DNA of 61,492 nucleotides, counting the filler, from Sphacelaria rigidula (Eukaryota): assembly GCA_964200075.2 (NCBI GenBank). It is 10 parts of 10 records of this genome, joined end to end, with 100 filler letters (N's around TTAATTAATTAA, not from the genome) between each part and the next. Parts side by side here need not be neighbours in the genome. Positions count along the whole stretch, not along the records: positions 12,321 to 18,380 come from CAXNAA020022510.1; positions 18,481 to 24,539 come from CAXNAA020022511.1; positions 24,640 to 30,698 come from CAXNAA020022512.1; 7 more parts are not named here. One strand, given 5' to 3'. The position numbers and the translations under genes were made by a program. Of the stretch, positions 13,213-26,213 are shown one piece after another. The number at the start of each line of letters is the position of its first letter. Positions within the stretch are counted from its first letter, which is position 1. Below the pieces are notes generated by a model, which saw only the letters and a list, made by a program, of their open reading frames with translations, made no database searches and had not been told where the DNA came from.

Positions 13213-16181
13213 CACCCGTGGACAGATAGCACCCTGTGGGGCGCACTGTGCAGGGTCCGTACAGGGTCCTCCACAGTCTTTGTGGAAAAACCCTGACAGT
13301 GAAAATCCAAACCTGTACCCCTCGTAGCGTTTTGATGGGGTTTTCCCCAAGGTTGGGTTTACAGCCCTGTGTTGGCTTGTCGGCAAAGCCCTGCACAGTC
13401 ATGTGGTAGTATTTTGGTAAAAAAAAACCTCTAGTGTTTTTTTTTTTTTAATTCCAAATATTTTGGCACAATAGCTTGCCCTCCTGTCCGAGGTAAATTC
13501 CTGTTCACCCGATTTGAATCGAGCCAAAAGGGATTTATTTTGGACAGCAGGACAAGCTATTCAAAACAGATCCTTTTTTCGCCCAATTTATTTCGGCAAA
13601 AAAAGGATTTATTTCGAACAGCAGAAGAAGCTGTTCAAGATCGATCCTTTTTTCGCTCGTTTTTTAAATGAGCGAAAAAAGGATCTATTTCGAACAGCTT
13701 CTTCTGCTGCGCAAATCCCATGCACACTGGCAGATTCGGAATTTGAACAGCAGGAGAAGCTCCAGATATATCTTTACTTTGCCCTCCACTTCATCCGGAG
13801 ATTGGGGGAAAAGAGATTCATTGCGAGCAGCGTCAGGTGCTGGGCAAATCCCGCATACTGCATCGTTACCAGCGCATGGGATCCGACACGCAGAAAAAGT
13901 TGCTGAAAGGTGTTCATCCTTTTGCCCCCCAGTCCCTGTGTACATGGGCTAAAGGATGAATAGTTCTCAACAGCTTTCGCTGAATAGAGATCCCACACGT
14001 TGGATAAGTGTGTATGTCTACACCTGTGCTTCATCTGAAACCCCTGGGAAGGCGTGGCAAGATGCTGGATGACCGGGTATACCTCGCCGATCTGTCCACA
14101 TACTTCACAAAACCCCGTATTCTATGGTCTACGAACACGGACCATGTTTAGAAAATATCACTTAATCAATCGTATATAGACCATCACCCCAAGATATCTA
14201 TACTCCGTATATATCACCGCACACAAATCAAACATCAATGAACACCCGCCCCCACAACAGTATTATTCCGCCCAGCTATACCACCACAACCCTGCAGCAA
14301 AGAGCACGGGTTGGGCACAGGGATATAGACACATACACACTGCCGTGCGGGTGGATATGATGTTTTTTTCTTTGGTGAAAATTGGGGCACCTTCTTTCAT
14401 GGTCGCGACATCGCGCGGCGACGACATACGCGGGGTGCGTATAGGCGGGTGCGAGGAACAATCAACCGGCCGCCTATATTATGCACATACACACTCACCA
14501 TATGCATGCTGCGGACGCACCGCGATATAACATAGTGCAGCATATACAGGCCGCGTACGATATGCTGCACGTCGTTCAAATCCTTTTCACGTCGCAATGT
14601 AGGTAGAGAACATACATATACACTGTCTTGCGCTGTTTGTCCTGGATACGTTTCCCCTTCCCTTTCACGCCGTACTTACTGTGCTGCAGCAGCTGTGCGC
14701 GAATTTGCTGTGGAACGCGCGTGAAAAACTGGAGTTCGTGACGGTATATAACACCCGCCCCATATATATATCAAAATAAGCTGCAGGCATCTACATTGTA
14801 TACATAGCCAGCCATCTACAGTACATGGCGCCGCAAGTATAAGCACGGCGGTATAGCGCACTGTCCCGCATGCGATGGTATTGTACAATCCAGTACAGTT
14901 TATTGTTGTGAATATATATCGAGTACGCAGTATCAACCGCGCGATGAGATGTTTCATTATTCCCTGTATATTGTTTTAGTTTCGTCGACACGGGACTACG
15001 GGGTTTTCATCAGGTATAAGCATCGATGACCGAGGTAAATTGCGACCCGTTGTCATGACGTCAGCTGCAACAAAAGCTTGCGTGCAGTATGTGGGACTTG
15101 AACAGCTGAAGCTGCTCGCGATCAAGTTCTTTCTCCACCCAATTTCAGGTATTCTTGACGGTGTACAAATTCCATCTGCTATATACACGGGTGGGCACTG
15201 GGGTCTGTAACCTGGCCATTTTTTTACCTTATCCACCTTAGGCGAGATCCGCGGGTTGGGTAGACAACTGAAGAGCATTTGCACAGCATGGACAGGATCG
15301 AAACAAAACATGTCCCAGGTTATAGGCGGGTGACTCCCCTGTAGACTGGAACATGCTTTGTTTCGAACCTGTCCATGCTATGCGAATGCTCTTCAGTAAA
15401 TCAGTTGTCCACCTAATCCGCGGACCTTACCAAAAAATGTGGATAAGGTCCCAAAATGGCCAGGTTACAGACCCTAGTGGCCACCCGTGTACAGTGTATA
15501 TGGGAATATCTGTACAGGTTAAGCTCTTCGAAATGAATCATTTTTCCCCTTTTCCAAGTTTGGAATTAGGGTTTATTTCGAATGAACCAATTTTGCCCTA
15601 TTCCAAGTTTGGAATTGTAGAATTTATTTCGAACAGCAGAGGCTGTCCAAATTCCAGATTTCCATTACACTTGTGCCTCTAAAAACAATTCGGGGTATTT
15701 CAGTGTTATTGAAACGGACCTTCGAGGGTCCCAAAATTCAGAAGTAAAAAGAATACATTCCATCCACAACGACTACCACGCGTAGCTCCGTGTGTAACCG
15801 GTTGGCTATATAACGATGAAGTCGAGGGTTTGATTCCCCGTCCAACCTAGTCAGTTCTTTTTCCGCCAGTACCTTGCGCCCGCAGCTGCATGTGGAGGGT
15901 AGTGTTTGTGCGTAAACACACTGCACAGCATTGCCAGCAACGATGAACTCTTCACAGGGCGACGGAACCCTGTGATGCACACTGTTCATGACCACTGTAG
16001 AGAAACCCTGTGGAGAGGAACACTGTGATGCACACTATTCATGACCACTGTAGAGAAACCCTGTGGAGCGTCCTGTGCTGCACTGGAAAAACACTGTACA
16101 GTAAAATTTCCGCCAGAAACACTGCGCAGGGTACGCAAACCCTGTAGACCCCCTCCACAGGGTGCTATCTGTCCACGTGTG
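13213..16181. mobile_element. Non-autonomous CMC/EnSpm-like DNA transposon, ~27-bp TIRs, 2-bp TSD (TA), with nested insertions
   Basis: TA|CACCCGTGGACAGATAGCACCCTGTGG ... CCACAGGGTGCTATCTGTCCACGTGTG|TA; internal ~13480-14110 and ~15790-15970 align with the copy at 41094-42386. Confidence 0.85.
15186..15489. mobile_element. 304-bp foldback MITE with TA TSD, nested in the CMC-like element
   Basis: TA|CACGGGTGG...CCACCCGTG|TA; arms complementary almost to the centre (e.g. GCATGGACAGGATCGAAACAAAACATG / CATGCTTTGTTTCGAACCTGTCCATGC). Confidence 0.85.
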
Positions 16182-17589
16182 TATGCAGTTCGCCACATCA
16201 TGAACGCAGCCGCGTGTATCTGCGGCAAACGTGTAGGCGGGATATCACGCCACGCGCTACAGTATATCGCTACGTCACATTTTGCAAAGCTGTCCGTGTT
16301 GCAGCTACAGCGTGCGTTTGCCCCAGGTGGCGCACGCAGGAGTGAAAGGCCGCCTCGGCCGCTGTAATGGCTGCCTGCATCTTGGGCGAAGCTGAATGGT
16401 AACACAGCCGCGGCTGATGCGCCCACATATACCGAAAGGTGGAGACGGGCGCCCTGAATAGATAGGACGACAACACACACACAACACTCTGATTGCATTA
16501 CACTTCCAACATCGTGTTCGTACTGACTGTAGAAATCTTTCGTCCACGGTTGGGTACATTTCCATATAGAATGCAGGGTCTGGCACATCGCAACGTATAA
16601 TGTGACGGAGGGTCTGGCATATATCCACCTGTACATGTACGTAATAATGTTACTCCGTGATATCGAGAAAAAATGCACAACATCTGGGCGAACTGTAGGT
16701 GAGGCAATCGCCGAAATATTCACCTGCAAGCTCTGCTCCAGTGCTCTGTAAGTTGACATCGCTAGGATACTACCATAACCACCTTGCCGGCTGCCAGACT
16801 GTCACAGACACTCAGGGCGTAGGGTCCGCTAGCATTGCTACTGTCTGTACGGGGGTGTTGCCCCCTTGTCAGGTACGTTTTGGAGCATGATACTACATAG
16901 ATGAAAATCACCCTTCCTTGTACCTGGGCACCAAACGCTGGGGGTTATCACTCAAGACTTCGATTTGGAGGATCATACTAGGTAGACAGTGGCAACTGCT
17001 GTGTGTCCAGGTGCCCCTTGGAGCAGGATGCGTTTGGTGTCCGTTTAACGAAGTTATCCCCAAAACAACGAAATCGATAAGGGTTTTAGGATGGAAAAAT
17101 CTAGCAAAAACACTATCGCAAGGATCAGATCGCAAGAATCCCGACGCAAAAAAAAATATCGCAAGAGTCAGGACGCAAGAATCCCGCAGCACAAACCAAC
17201 TTCACTTTGTGAAATTGGAATGACAATGGGTTGGCACAGTGCTCAGGTCAAGATCCGAAATCCGAAAATACCAGAGGTCTACACGTTACATGCTACACGT
17301 TCACGGTACGGTCATCACGTAAAACGTATTCAACTTTCACGTTAAGTGGCGTATGTCACGTTAAATAAATTTTAACGTTACGTTAACGTTTTATTTGAGA
17401 ATTTAATGTTACGTTCACGTTACGTTTATTACGTAAAAACATATTAACGTTACGTTTCGAGACATGTAACGTCATATAAAACGTTTCAATGTCACGTGTA
17501 ACGTCTAATATGAAGTTACGTTGACACGTGTAACGTTTCAATGTCGCGTTTCATTCTGTGCATGTCGCGGCGTATTTATCAGTATTTAA

Positions 17590-17688
17590 CCCTTAGACTG
17601 CGGTGGAAGCCCATCTGGATCACTCTTATTATTTTTAAGTGGATTTTGATGCCGATTCCGCAAGTGACCTACCCTCGCGGTCCAAGGG
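17590..17688. mobile_element. 99-bp piggyBac-type MITE
   Basis: TTAA|CCCTTAGACTGCG ... CGCGGTCCAAGGG|TTAA (TIR 11/13, TTAA TSD). Confidence 0.82.
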
Positions 17689-19903
17689 TTAAGGCGTTGC
17701 AGCGTGTCGTGTAACGCGTGATGTTACCGTGTGTGTGACGCTGACGGTGACCCGTCGGCTACTTCTCATGTATCAAAAAACTTCTATGAAAAAAAACGCG
17801 CTTTCTGATAAATGATAAAAAAAACACTTCTTATGTCATCAGAAAAGCGCGTTTTCCGTAGAAAATTTTCTACTAGCATTTTCCGATGGCCCAAAGCTAT
17901 CAGAAAAACAGGATTTTCTGATAGCTTTGGGCTATCGAAAACTGTTACGAGCTGGGCCAGCCAAGGGTAGGCGCGAACCTCGCTCAGGCGACGCACGGCG
18001 ATATATAATAAGGAGCTGGACGGTGAAATTTTGACAGCAGCTTTTTATGATCGGAATGCAAAACATCACCTGAGCAGAAAAGAAACAAATGAAAAATAAG
18101 GAAGTTATGAGAATTCGAAATTTCAGGGAAAAATAACTAGATAATGCCAGGAGTCCAGGGGGAAAAGGAGAATCTGCAGCTGGACTCGTGAAGTATCAGT
18201 TCCTTGGGTGCAGAAGGTATCCCTGAAATTTCAGCTCAAGACTCGTCGAATTGGGCCGTACGTTCGTCATTTTCCGTGACGCTGCTGCACCCCACAAATA
18301 CCCAGTGTGGGGTGATTGCTGACGTGAACCCGCCGCTTGAAAAAAAACGCACTCCGACACGCTATCGCTCAATGATATCANNNNNNNNNNNNNNNNNNNN
18401 NNNNNNNNNNNNNNNNNNNNNNNNTTAATTAATTAANNNNNNNNNNNNNNNNNNNNNNNNNNNNNNNNNNNNNNNNNNNNAGGAGGGCGTGGAAAATGGA
18501 AAAACAAAAAAAACAAAAAACAAAAAAAAAAGCCCCCCCCCCCCCGAAAACCCTGCAAGCCCCGAAAAACGGTGAAGAAGTCAAAACCTGAAGAAAAAAA
18601 AAGTCGTCCATCGAACGTCACGTAATGATCCACAGCAAAATTGGGCAAAATTTCAGGGTCCAAAAACTCCTACAAACGGTATGATTTTTTTGCGAGTGAC
18701 TGTTTTTAGGTTGATGAGCGTGAACCAGCCTATACAAAGTTCATCATCATCGGCTAAGCGTAACAACAGTGTCCGAAACAATCAGCCAGAGTCATCGCTC
18801 TCTACTGAACACAGAGTCTGCTGTACGCCGTTTTTTTCATCTCTGCTCATTTTTGCGCAACAAGTGTGCAGTACAGTGCAATGTGCAGCCATCATGACAG
18901 TACAAGAGGGGGCACGCAGCTCGCGAAGACTACGCACAGCAAAAAAGCACGTCGTATTTTTCTTCATGTTTGAGTGTCACAGTTACTGGCATGATCGTAA
19001 CAAACTTGACCGTCAACCAAGTGGATCATGGCTGGCAGTTTGTACGGGAACAAAGTTACCACTTCATGTTAAAGATGACACCCGACGGCCAGCTGCAACC
19101 CGTCCTGACTGGTTGTCTTCCTTCATGGCGATGAAGGATTCAAACAATACGCATTCTGGCTGAGGCTCGAATTACCATCAAAACAGCTCCTTTAACACCA
19201 ACACATATATCTGAACGAACCGTCAAGAAATAAATACAGCACGGTCGCAAAATCGACGGCGCTCAGACGGACATACTATATTGAAGAAAAATGTGCCAAA
19301 ATTTACAACGCCCAAGAATCACGAAATCGAACGCTTCCGAAACGAAACACACAAGGCACAAAAAGGTTCTCCACTCCCCCCGCCCCCCGTTCTTTTCCTA
19401 TTCACCTCCTCTTTTATCTACCGGGAGTCCGGGGCGAGAGCTTGGATAACATTGGAAATGTGCAGGATGCGATATACGCTGAGCGTTCGGGGTAGCAACG
19501 CATGACATGGCTATCTCAAGAATGGCGACAGGTATGAGGATTAACTAAAGCGTGTTAATGTCACACACGCTCCGGCGAGCAAGCCCCTCCTACCCCCACC
19601 CCCTCCGTAAAACACAATTCTATGTAGTGACCACGCCATATCGATCAAGCAGAAAATCCGTATCTTCGACAATTTATAACGTACGATACACCGCTGAGTT
19701 CTTGGGCTAGGAAAGATACGGCACGGATATCTCAAAAATGGTGACAGGCGTTGGGATTTTCGGACTGGGATTCTTCCGGAACAACAGTACGCCCATGTCA
19801 CACAGCCCCGGGAGAACGACAACGCCTACCAGCCCCCTCCCCCCTCCCCCCGCCCCCCGCCGCTGCTCGGTCCTCATTTCATGCCATGACCATATATCAT
19901 TAT

Positions 19904-22900
19904 TCAAGCAGGGAAGTCGTTCGCGCCCCCAACCTCTGCCCAGTCTTGATCCGCGAAACCGCTATCCTGCACATTTCTCCTGGAGAACCTCTCCCTCCTC
20001 GCCTTCTCCTCAGCCGTAGCCGCCGGCACCCCCGATCCCTCGTTGAACACCTTCTGCTCCTCCTTGTACACGTCGTCCCAAATTGTCACCACCTCCAGTT
20101 CGTCATCTTCCTCCAGTGTGCAGAAGGATAAGCCGTTCTCTTCATCAACGCCAAAGCCCTCCTGACACCTCTCCTCCAGGCTCACATGACCTCGTTCAAC
20201 TTGCACGAGGATGTACGGCTCGTCCCTATTGACAAGAGATGTTCGTCGAGGGGCTGGAGTAAGTGGAAGCAACTACTGCAAAGGTGCTCTGTTGATAAAT
20301 AGATTACGATACTCCAGGTAAACAGTAGTATCTCCAGTTAATTATCAGTACTTAGTACTCCCGAGCAGCTGGAAAATCGACTGCCGAAAATACCGGGTAT
20401 TTAGAGTACCTGGAGTATCGCCGCCTGAAGTACTGAGTACCGACCGCCGACTATCCTGAATATTTCAGAGTACTTGGAGTATCGCTTGCCGAAGATACTG
20501 GGTATCCCGAGGTTGTGTGGAGTACGCACTCGCCAACAGTGGACATACCATGAACGAATGGAAGTACGCACCAAGGTGGGTTGACGTTAGGGCGATACCG
20601 TGTGCGGTCCAATTACTTTTACTCACTGCGCGAATCTCACCTTCAACTTACAAGCAAAAAACTAGGTACATCCAAGTCGACCTCTATACTTGACGCACGC
20701 GTCACCGTTTATCGACGAACTCATACTGCAGCTACTGCACTAGTGCAGGAAGTGCGGTAGCGTCCAGCTCTTTGGACGCACACTTGTGTAGAGGGCAAAA
20801 AGTGCCCAGTGCAGAGGACGAGGATGCGTGAAAGTTCCAAACAGCGCCTTCCGCGGACCGCATCTGTACCCAATCCATTCAAATTCGACACCCGTCCTCA
20901 CGGCACAGTGCAGCGGTATTGCAGCCTACGATGAGCGTACGGTGCTCGTCGGGAGGCCCGTGAAGTTCGATTTCCCAACCTCTGAGCTTTGATCAAGTCG
21001 GACAGGCAGTGCATGCACATCAATCACGATATGCGTAAATGCCACAGTGTAGCGTCTACAACAGTGCAGTGCAGACAGTACAGTGTCACCCTCGCCAAAT
21101 GTTACTGCGGAGACGGACTGTAGACACTACACTATACACTACTGTACCTCGCCAAATGCTACCGTGGAGAGACGGACTCGCCCCGAGGAAGGGGAGAGGT
21201 CAGAACTGGGATAGAAAAAAAAAGGGTCACTGGTCCCGGCTTATGCGCGAATAGCTGTACTGGACTCTACTATGACACACGGCATGTGTCTTCTCCACGT
21301 AGGGTAGGCGTTGTCTCTTCATGAAAAATCAATTATTCCGAACCTTGGCAAAACACAAGAAAGAGCTCGTTGGCCGTCAGGCGCTGAAAGGGACAACTTA
21401 TTTCCCAAGCCAAACATCGCGGAAGGCACGATATTTCGGTGGGCATGCGGTGTGGAAGGGCATGATATGAACAGAACAAAAGAGTATATCCTGTGCGCAA
21501 AACGATGTGGATGGACACGAGCCAACTTTGAAACGTATTCAGTCTCGACACTGAAGGAGGAGGCTTGCTATGTCAATTCATTTCCAAAAACAAAGCAAAA
21601 AAACCCGACCATCAACCAGGTCAGGGGCATCTTAGGTGGCGTCTGGCTTCTGTGCTACTGTTCCCCTCTCACATCGAGGCTCGGACGCATGTGTTGGAAA
21701 CGGTGGTAAGAACCTACCGGCATCGGACTAATGATCGTATCTTGTCGACGGTCTCCCTCTTAACGCCCCAGATGTCCCCGCCGAACACAGCACTAACTCC
21801 CGTAACCACGTCTCCTACTCGAAGCCCCTTATCCTCCGCCTGCGGAGGAAAAAAGAAAAAGTAGGTGAAATTGGGAACAAGACTTTAAACGTCAATCGAA
21901 AATCAACGCAATGATCATTAGACATCCATCCGTTGCTTCTGGCGAAACATTTGATTCGTTGATTTGATTCATTGATTGCCGCAAATCAACTGTTGCTCCC
22001 CCCCGCCCCTTCATATATTAGGAGTAGGAACGGTGCTCCGTCTCGAAAGGGAGCCGTGGTCAATGGTCAAACGACCAAGGCAAGAAAACAACGAGTATCC
22101 CTCCCCCCCCCCCCCGCCCCCCCTCGAGGGGGTCAGCCGTAGTCACAAAATAAATACACTAGCGGTAGACCAACGGTAGCAGGCGCTAAAGGAAAATCGG
22201 GAAAGGGAGAAAGCGAAAAAAAGAAACATTAAGCAACCGGAATAAGCTGAATAATAACGGGAGACAACAAAAAAAAAGGAGGGGGGGGGGAAGGAAGGAA
22301 GGGAAAAGGAAGGGGAATGAATGCTACGAGCTGGGCGAGTAGTAACTCCCGCATTCGATTTCCACATCACAACTTTTCAAGTTTTCCGAATCAGCGCGAC
22401 TTAAGCATATCGCTGTGAACTGCAGACCAACCTCTTGACACACACGGCACCGCCGCTGAATGAAGAAAAACAAGGGGTAAAAATGTACTGCATAATGTAT
22501 GACCTTAATGACGGAACGAAAAAGAAAGAAAATCTGTCGGGATTCGAACTCGTGACCTCGATAACTGGACTCTCCTGTAACACCAAAATTAAAGGGACGC
22601 GGCTCCGTCACACAAAAACTGCGATGCGGCGGCCAATTCGAAGTATTTTTGGTCAAAACTTCACCAGGATGTCCTGGACGCGAGTGCCTACAACATTGTT
22701 CGGGGTCCAGCCGTATTTATCAATTCTCCACGGAGTTGTAGAACTTTTTCTGTTTTTACTAAAACTTCAACTCGCTCTAACTTTCTTGTTTCCCCCGCCC
22801 CCCCCCCCCCCCCTGTGCCCCCAATAGTCTTGCGCGGGTTGATGGTGAAAATGTGTCAAAATGTCAGCGCCTAATTCTTCGAACTAACAATCGCATCGCC

Positions 22901-23675
22901 AGGATTCATTCAAAATCACTGTCAGCTGACCCAGCTCGTATCAAATAGACAAAAGTTGAGAGTGGAGATGATCACGTCTCCAACAAATATACGCTGAATG
23001 GGAGGAAGGCCACTTGTACAGCAGTAAACTCGAGGCGGGTATACACGTAGAAAATGGCCAAGACATACCGCGACCTCCGTCCTATAGCTTTCAAACAACA
23101 GCGTTGGGAAATTTTACCCCGTGAATAAGCAAGCATGTAATGCAGCCTACGTCGCAAGTGGTTAGAAGCACAACAGTTCGGTTCGTGCGACTTTTGGAAC
23201 AAGACCTTCAGTCGCCCTTCAAGGTATCGAATATACCAAGTAAACTTCTAGCCAGACACCGCTGTGATGCGAAGGCACGCCACACGTACAGCAGGTCACA
23301 TGCTGTGATTATCATGGTGAGTGGAGACCGGAACCGCAGGTGTACACGAACAATTTGACGGTGCCCAGAAGTTGCCCCCCAGAAGATGGAACACGTACAC
23401 ACTCTGATCACACTGAGTTGTTCTGCTATTCCGCGACGAAATGTGGCCCCTCGCCGCGGCTCCCGACCGCTGATTATTTCTACCGCAACAATATTGTCAC
23501 GATACTTTCAGAGATTACCTCATTTCTCCAACACGTCGACAATCCAATCACCAACTTGTGGAGTGTGGGGGTGAGCAGAGATCTGTGCACGCAATGACTG
23601 CTACCCACCCACACACACGGACATACCGTGGTTACAACACCGGCACTGCCATCCGATACTCGACGGCACACACCC

Positions 23676-23706
<31 letters not shown>

Positions 23707-23862
23707 TACCGCGTCGTGTGGAGCACGTGCGTCCTCTTCGGCGCTACTCGATCGTACCTGCTCGCCGACACTGGTTATGTACACTAGTTCCTCTTCATCG
23801 GTTGACGCTTCAATCGTGATGCCCAGAGGCTTGGTCATGTTCGCGACAATCACCTCGTATTT
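19904..23862 (-). CDS. 3' part of a PDZ-domain protein gene; exons 23862-23758, 21839-21718, 20225-19904 (upstream exons not identified)
   Basis: GT-AG junctions with compatible phases (0 then 2) give KYEVIVANMTKPLGITIE..VYITSVGEQ/AEDKGLRVGDVVTGVSAVFGGDIW..DKIRSLVRCR/DEPYILVQVERG..., a PDZ pattern, then an acidic tail and TGA. Confidence 0.85.
21950..22130 (-). repeat. Retroposon 3'-end repeat with (AATC)-like tail; homologues at ~55640-55725 (same strand) and ~61415-61492 (opposite strand)
   Basis: Shared CGTCTCGAAAGGGA..CGTGGTCAATGGTCAAA.GAC..AAGGCAAG block in three places. Confidence 0.75.
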
Positions 23863-24139
23863 CTGGAGCGCAGCGCGGGTCACGAACGAGCAGAACGAGG
23901 ATTGGAACACGAAGACCACAAACGTCAGATTGCGGCATGAAACCAAGGCTACAACTGTATTGAGAGGTTAATTAAAGCTTTTGACCCACATTTTTGGGGG
24001 GATTTTTTTCAACCATAGGAGCAACCTCATACAACAATCTTTATGAACAAACTGGGACATGGGCATATATGATGAAGTCGAATGGACCGCTTCGCGGTCC
24101 AACTGTCAAGTAAAAAGTGTCGGCATGACTTTTTTTCAT

Positions 24140-24330
24140 ATGTAATTGATTTTATTGGTTGATTGATTGTCGTACTTCAACTGACCCCCCAGGGATCCAG
24201 TCGTGGTCACAGGATAGACGTACCCAAGACAACACGAAACTGAAATACTCGCTGAAGGAAAAAGAAGAAACAGAGAAGGTAAAACAGGAGAACACAGTAC
24301 GCTCAGACGTACAAACAAATAAACAAATAA
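24140..24330 (-). repeat. Probable LINE/SINE 3' end with (AATC)n-like tail
   Basis: Minus strand: pyrimidine-rich tract, then CTGTGACCACGACTGGAT...GACAATCAATCAACCAAT. Confidence 0.5.
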
Positions 24331-26213
24331 ACAAATAATTATTGCACAAACAGAAACACCAACACCTCCACCAACTAGGAGAACGGCAGCAGCGGCGGCG
24401 GCAGAGGAACAGCGACAAATAACAACGATGGATTAATGTTAATATAATAGCAACCAAGTCGATGTCAAGCTTGGTACAACCTGTGACGCTAGCCAGCGCT
24501 AGAATGACAGCGTCAATATGCTTGTTCGAGGGACTCCCCNNNNNNNNNNNNNNNNNNNNNNNNNNNNNNNNNNNNNNNNNNNNTTAATTAATTAANNNNN
24601 NNNNNNNNNNNNNNNNNNNNNNNNNNNNNNNNNNNNNNNAATTGAAGGCATTTTACTGATACCTGAAAACTGATTATTGCCCTTAACTCATGAAAAAAAA
24701 ACAAAAAACCCTTTCGCACCGAGGTAATGGTCTTTTTTGTGCCCTATTCATTGTCAGTACCAAATCTCAGGGTCCACCTCTGAATGTGTAGAAGAGCATG
24801 AGCCTAACGAAAACCGGGTCGGTAGAAATTCGGAACAATATTTCGCAGGCCACTCACCGGCCCACGTTTGGTTTTCGTGTATTGAAATTTTGTGTGGGCG
24901 CTCTCTAAGGCATAATTAACAGAAAAGAGTAGGTCAGGTTGTTTAACATGTATTTTCTTCACTGGTTTAGGGCGTTCTACTATGGTAAAGACCATTTCTT
25001 CACGGAAACGCCCTAATCTCTATGAAAAATATGAAAAAATGAAACAATGAAATAAACAAAATGAAGGCCCATTTTGTTTTCTTTATTCGGCACTTTTATG
25101 TGGTTCTCCACACCAAAATTCGTCACCATCCGCTGAATGCATCGGTCGGGAGTTTCATAGAGATTTTAGTACTTGCGCTATCTCCCTTAGGTATAGGAAT
25201 GACTAGACATGGGGTTTAATCAACGAGAAAATATGGGCTCAAACTTTTGAGCAGATAGGCATCTTCCCCTTGATTAGACGGCTAGTGCGATATGCGGATC
25301 ACGACCCAACTCGTCTGTGTCGATGAGATATTGCTTTGAGAGCTTAAATCCCTTTTATGGCTGGCCCAGCTCGTACGGAATTGACGGTCCGTAGCCGGTA
25401 GACACTGATACGTCCTACTTTTTGAACGAGTTCACTTGAGTAACTTCATTATCCTACATTTCGACGTGTATCATTTACCCATTCGTCTCTTGTCTCCTGG
25501 TTATGGTGAGTCTATGTGTGCTGAGTTTGTCCAGCATTCAGCAAGGCACTGACCTTAGCTTCTCGCACGAAGAGGCAGAAATGCCAGTGTGTGTTACTTT
25601 TGTTCTCATAACCGGTGTTTTCCAGGTGCCTTCTCCTCAGTACGTCGTCTTTCTGAGCTATCGCTTGGTGGATGGGTCGACATACAGTATTCTCGGTTGG
25701 ATTGCCGACTCATTCATGAAAAGATCACCTTCGGTTGTTTACCCCGTTTTTAGTAGTGTAAGTTCACGTGCTTGTTCGATCAGTTTCCATACCCGTGTGT
25801 TGCACGAATGCCAACGGATTTTTCCGAGACTGAAAGTTTGTAGCCATCCTTTGCCGAGGAACCTGCTTGCCTTCCGAGGCCCGGAGTCCTAGGCCAGTTG
25901 TGTCAATACGCACTACTACATCGGCAGCACGTAATAACGCAGATATAATCAGCCTGTGATTACCATTTTCCCTCAAAGTACTGTATGTCGCGGTTGACGA
26001 TCACTTGACAACCTTGACGGCTCTTGAACTGTTGAATATTCTCAGGCAGCATCAGGAGGAACTGCCTGCTCCTCTTGTTCGGTCATGTGACAGTGAGACT
26101 GCTAGAATCAGCCGAAGTTGTATGCGCTAGAGCCTCTCGCTTCACCAGAGTAGGGGTGATACGAGCTTGGCAGTGCCCCCCGGGAGGGCTGCTTGAAATG
26201 GCCATCAGATGGC

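Noticed and set aside
20325..20525. GAGTAC-rich degenerate repeat as a functional element
   Set aside because: Intronic, too decayed to define unit or ends
23970..24110. Another piggyBac-type MITE (CGCGGTCCAA end); also ~6525-6566
   Set aside because: Termini and TTAA too degenerate
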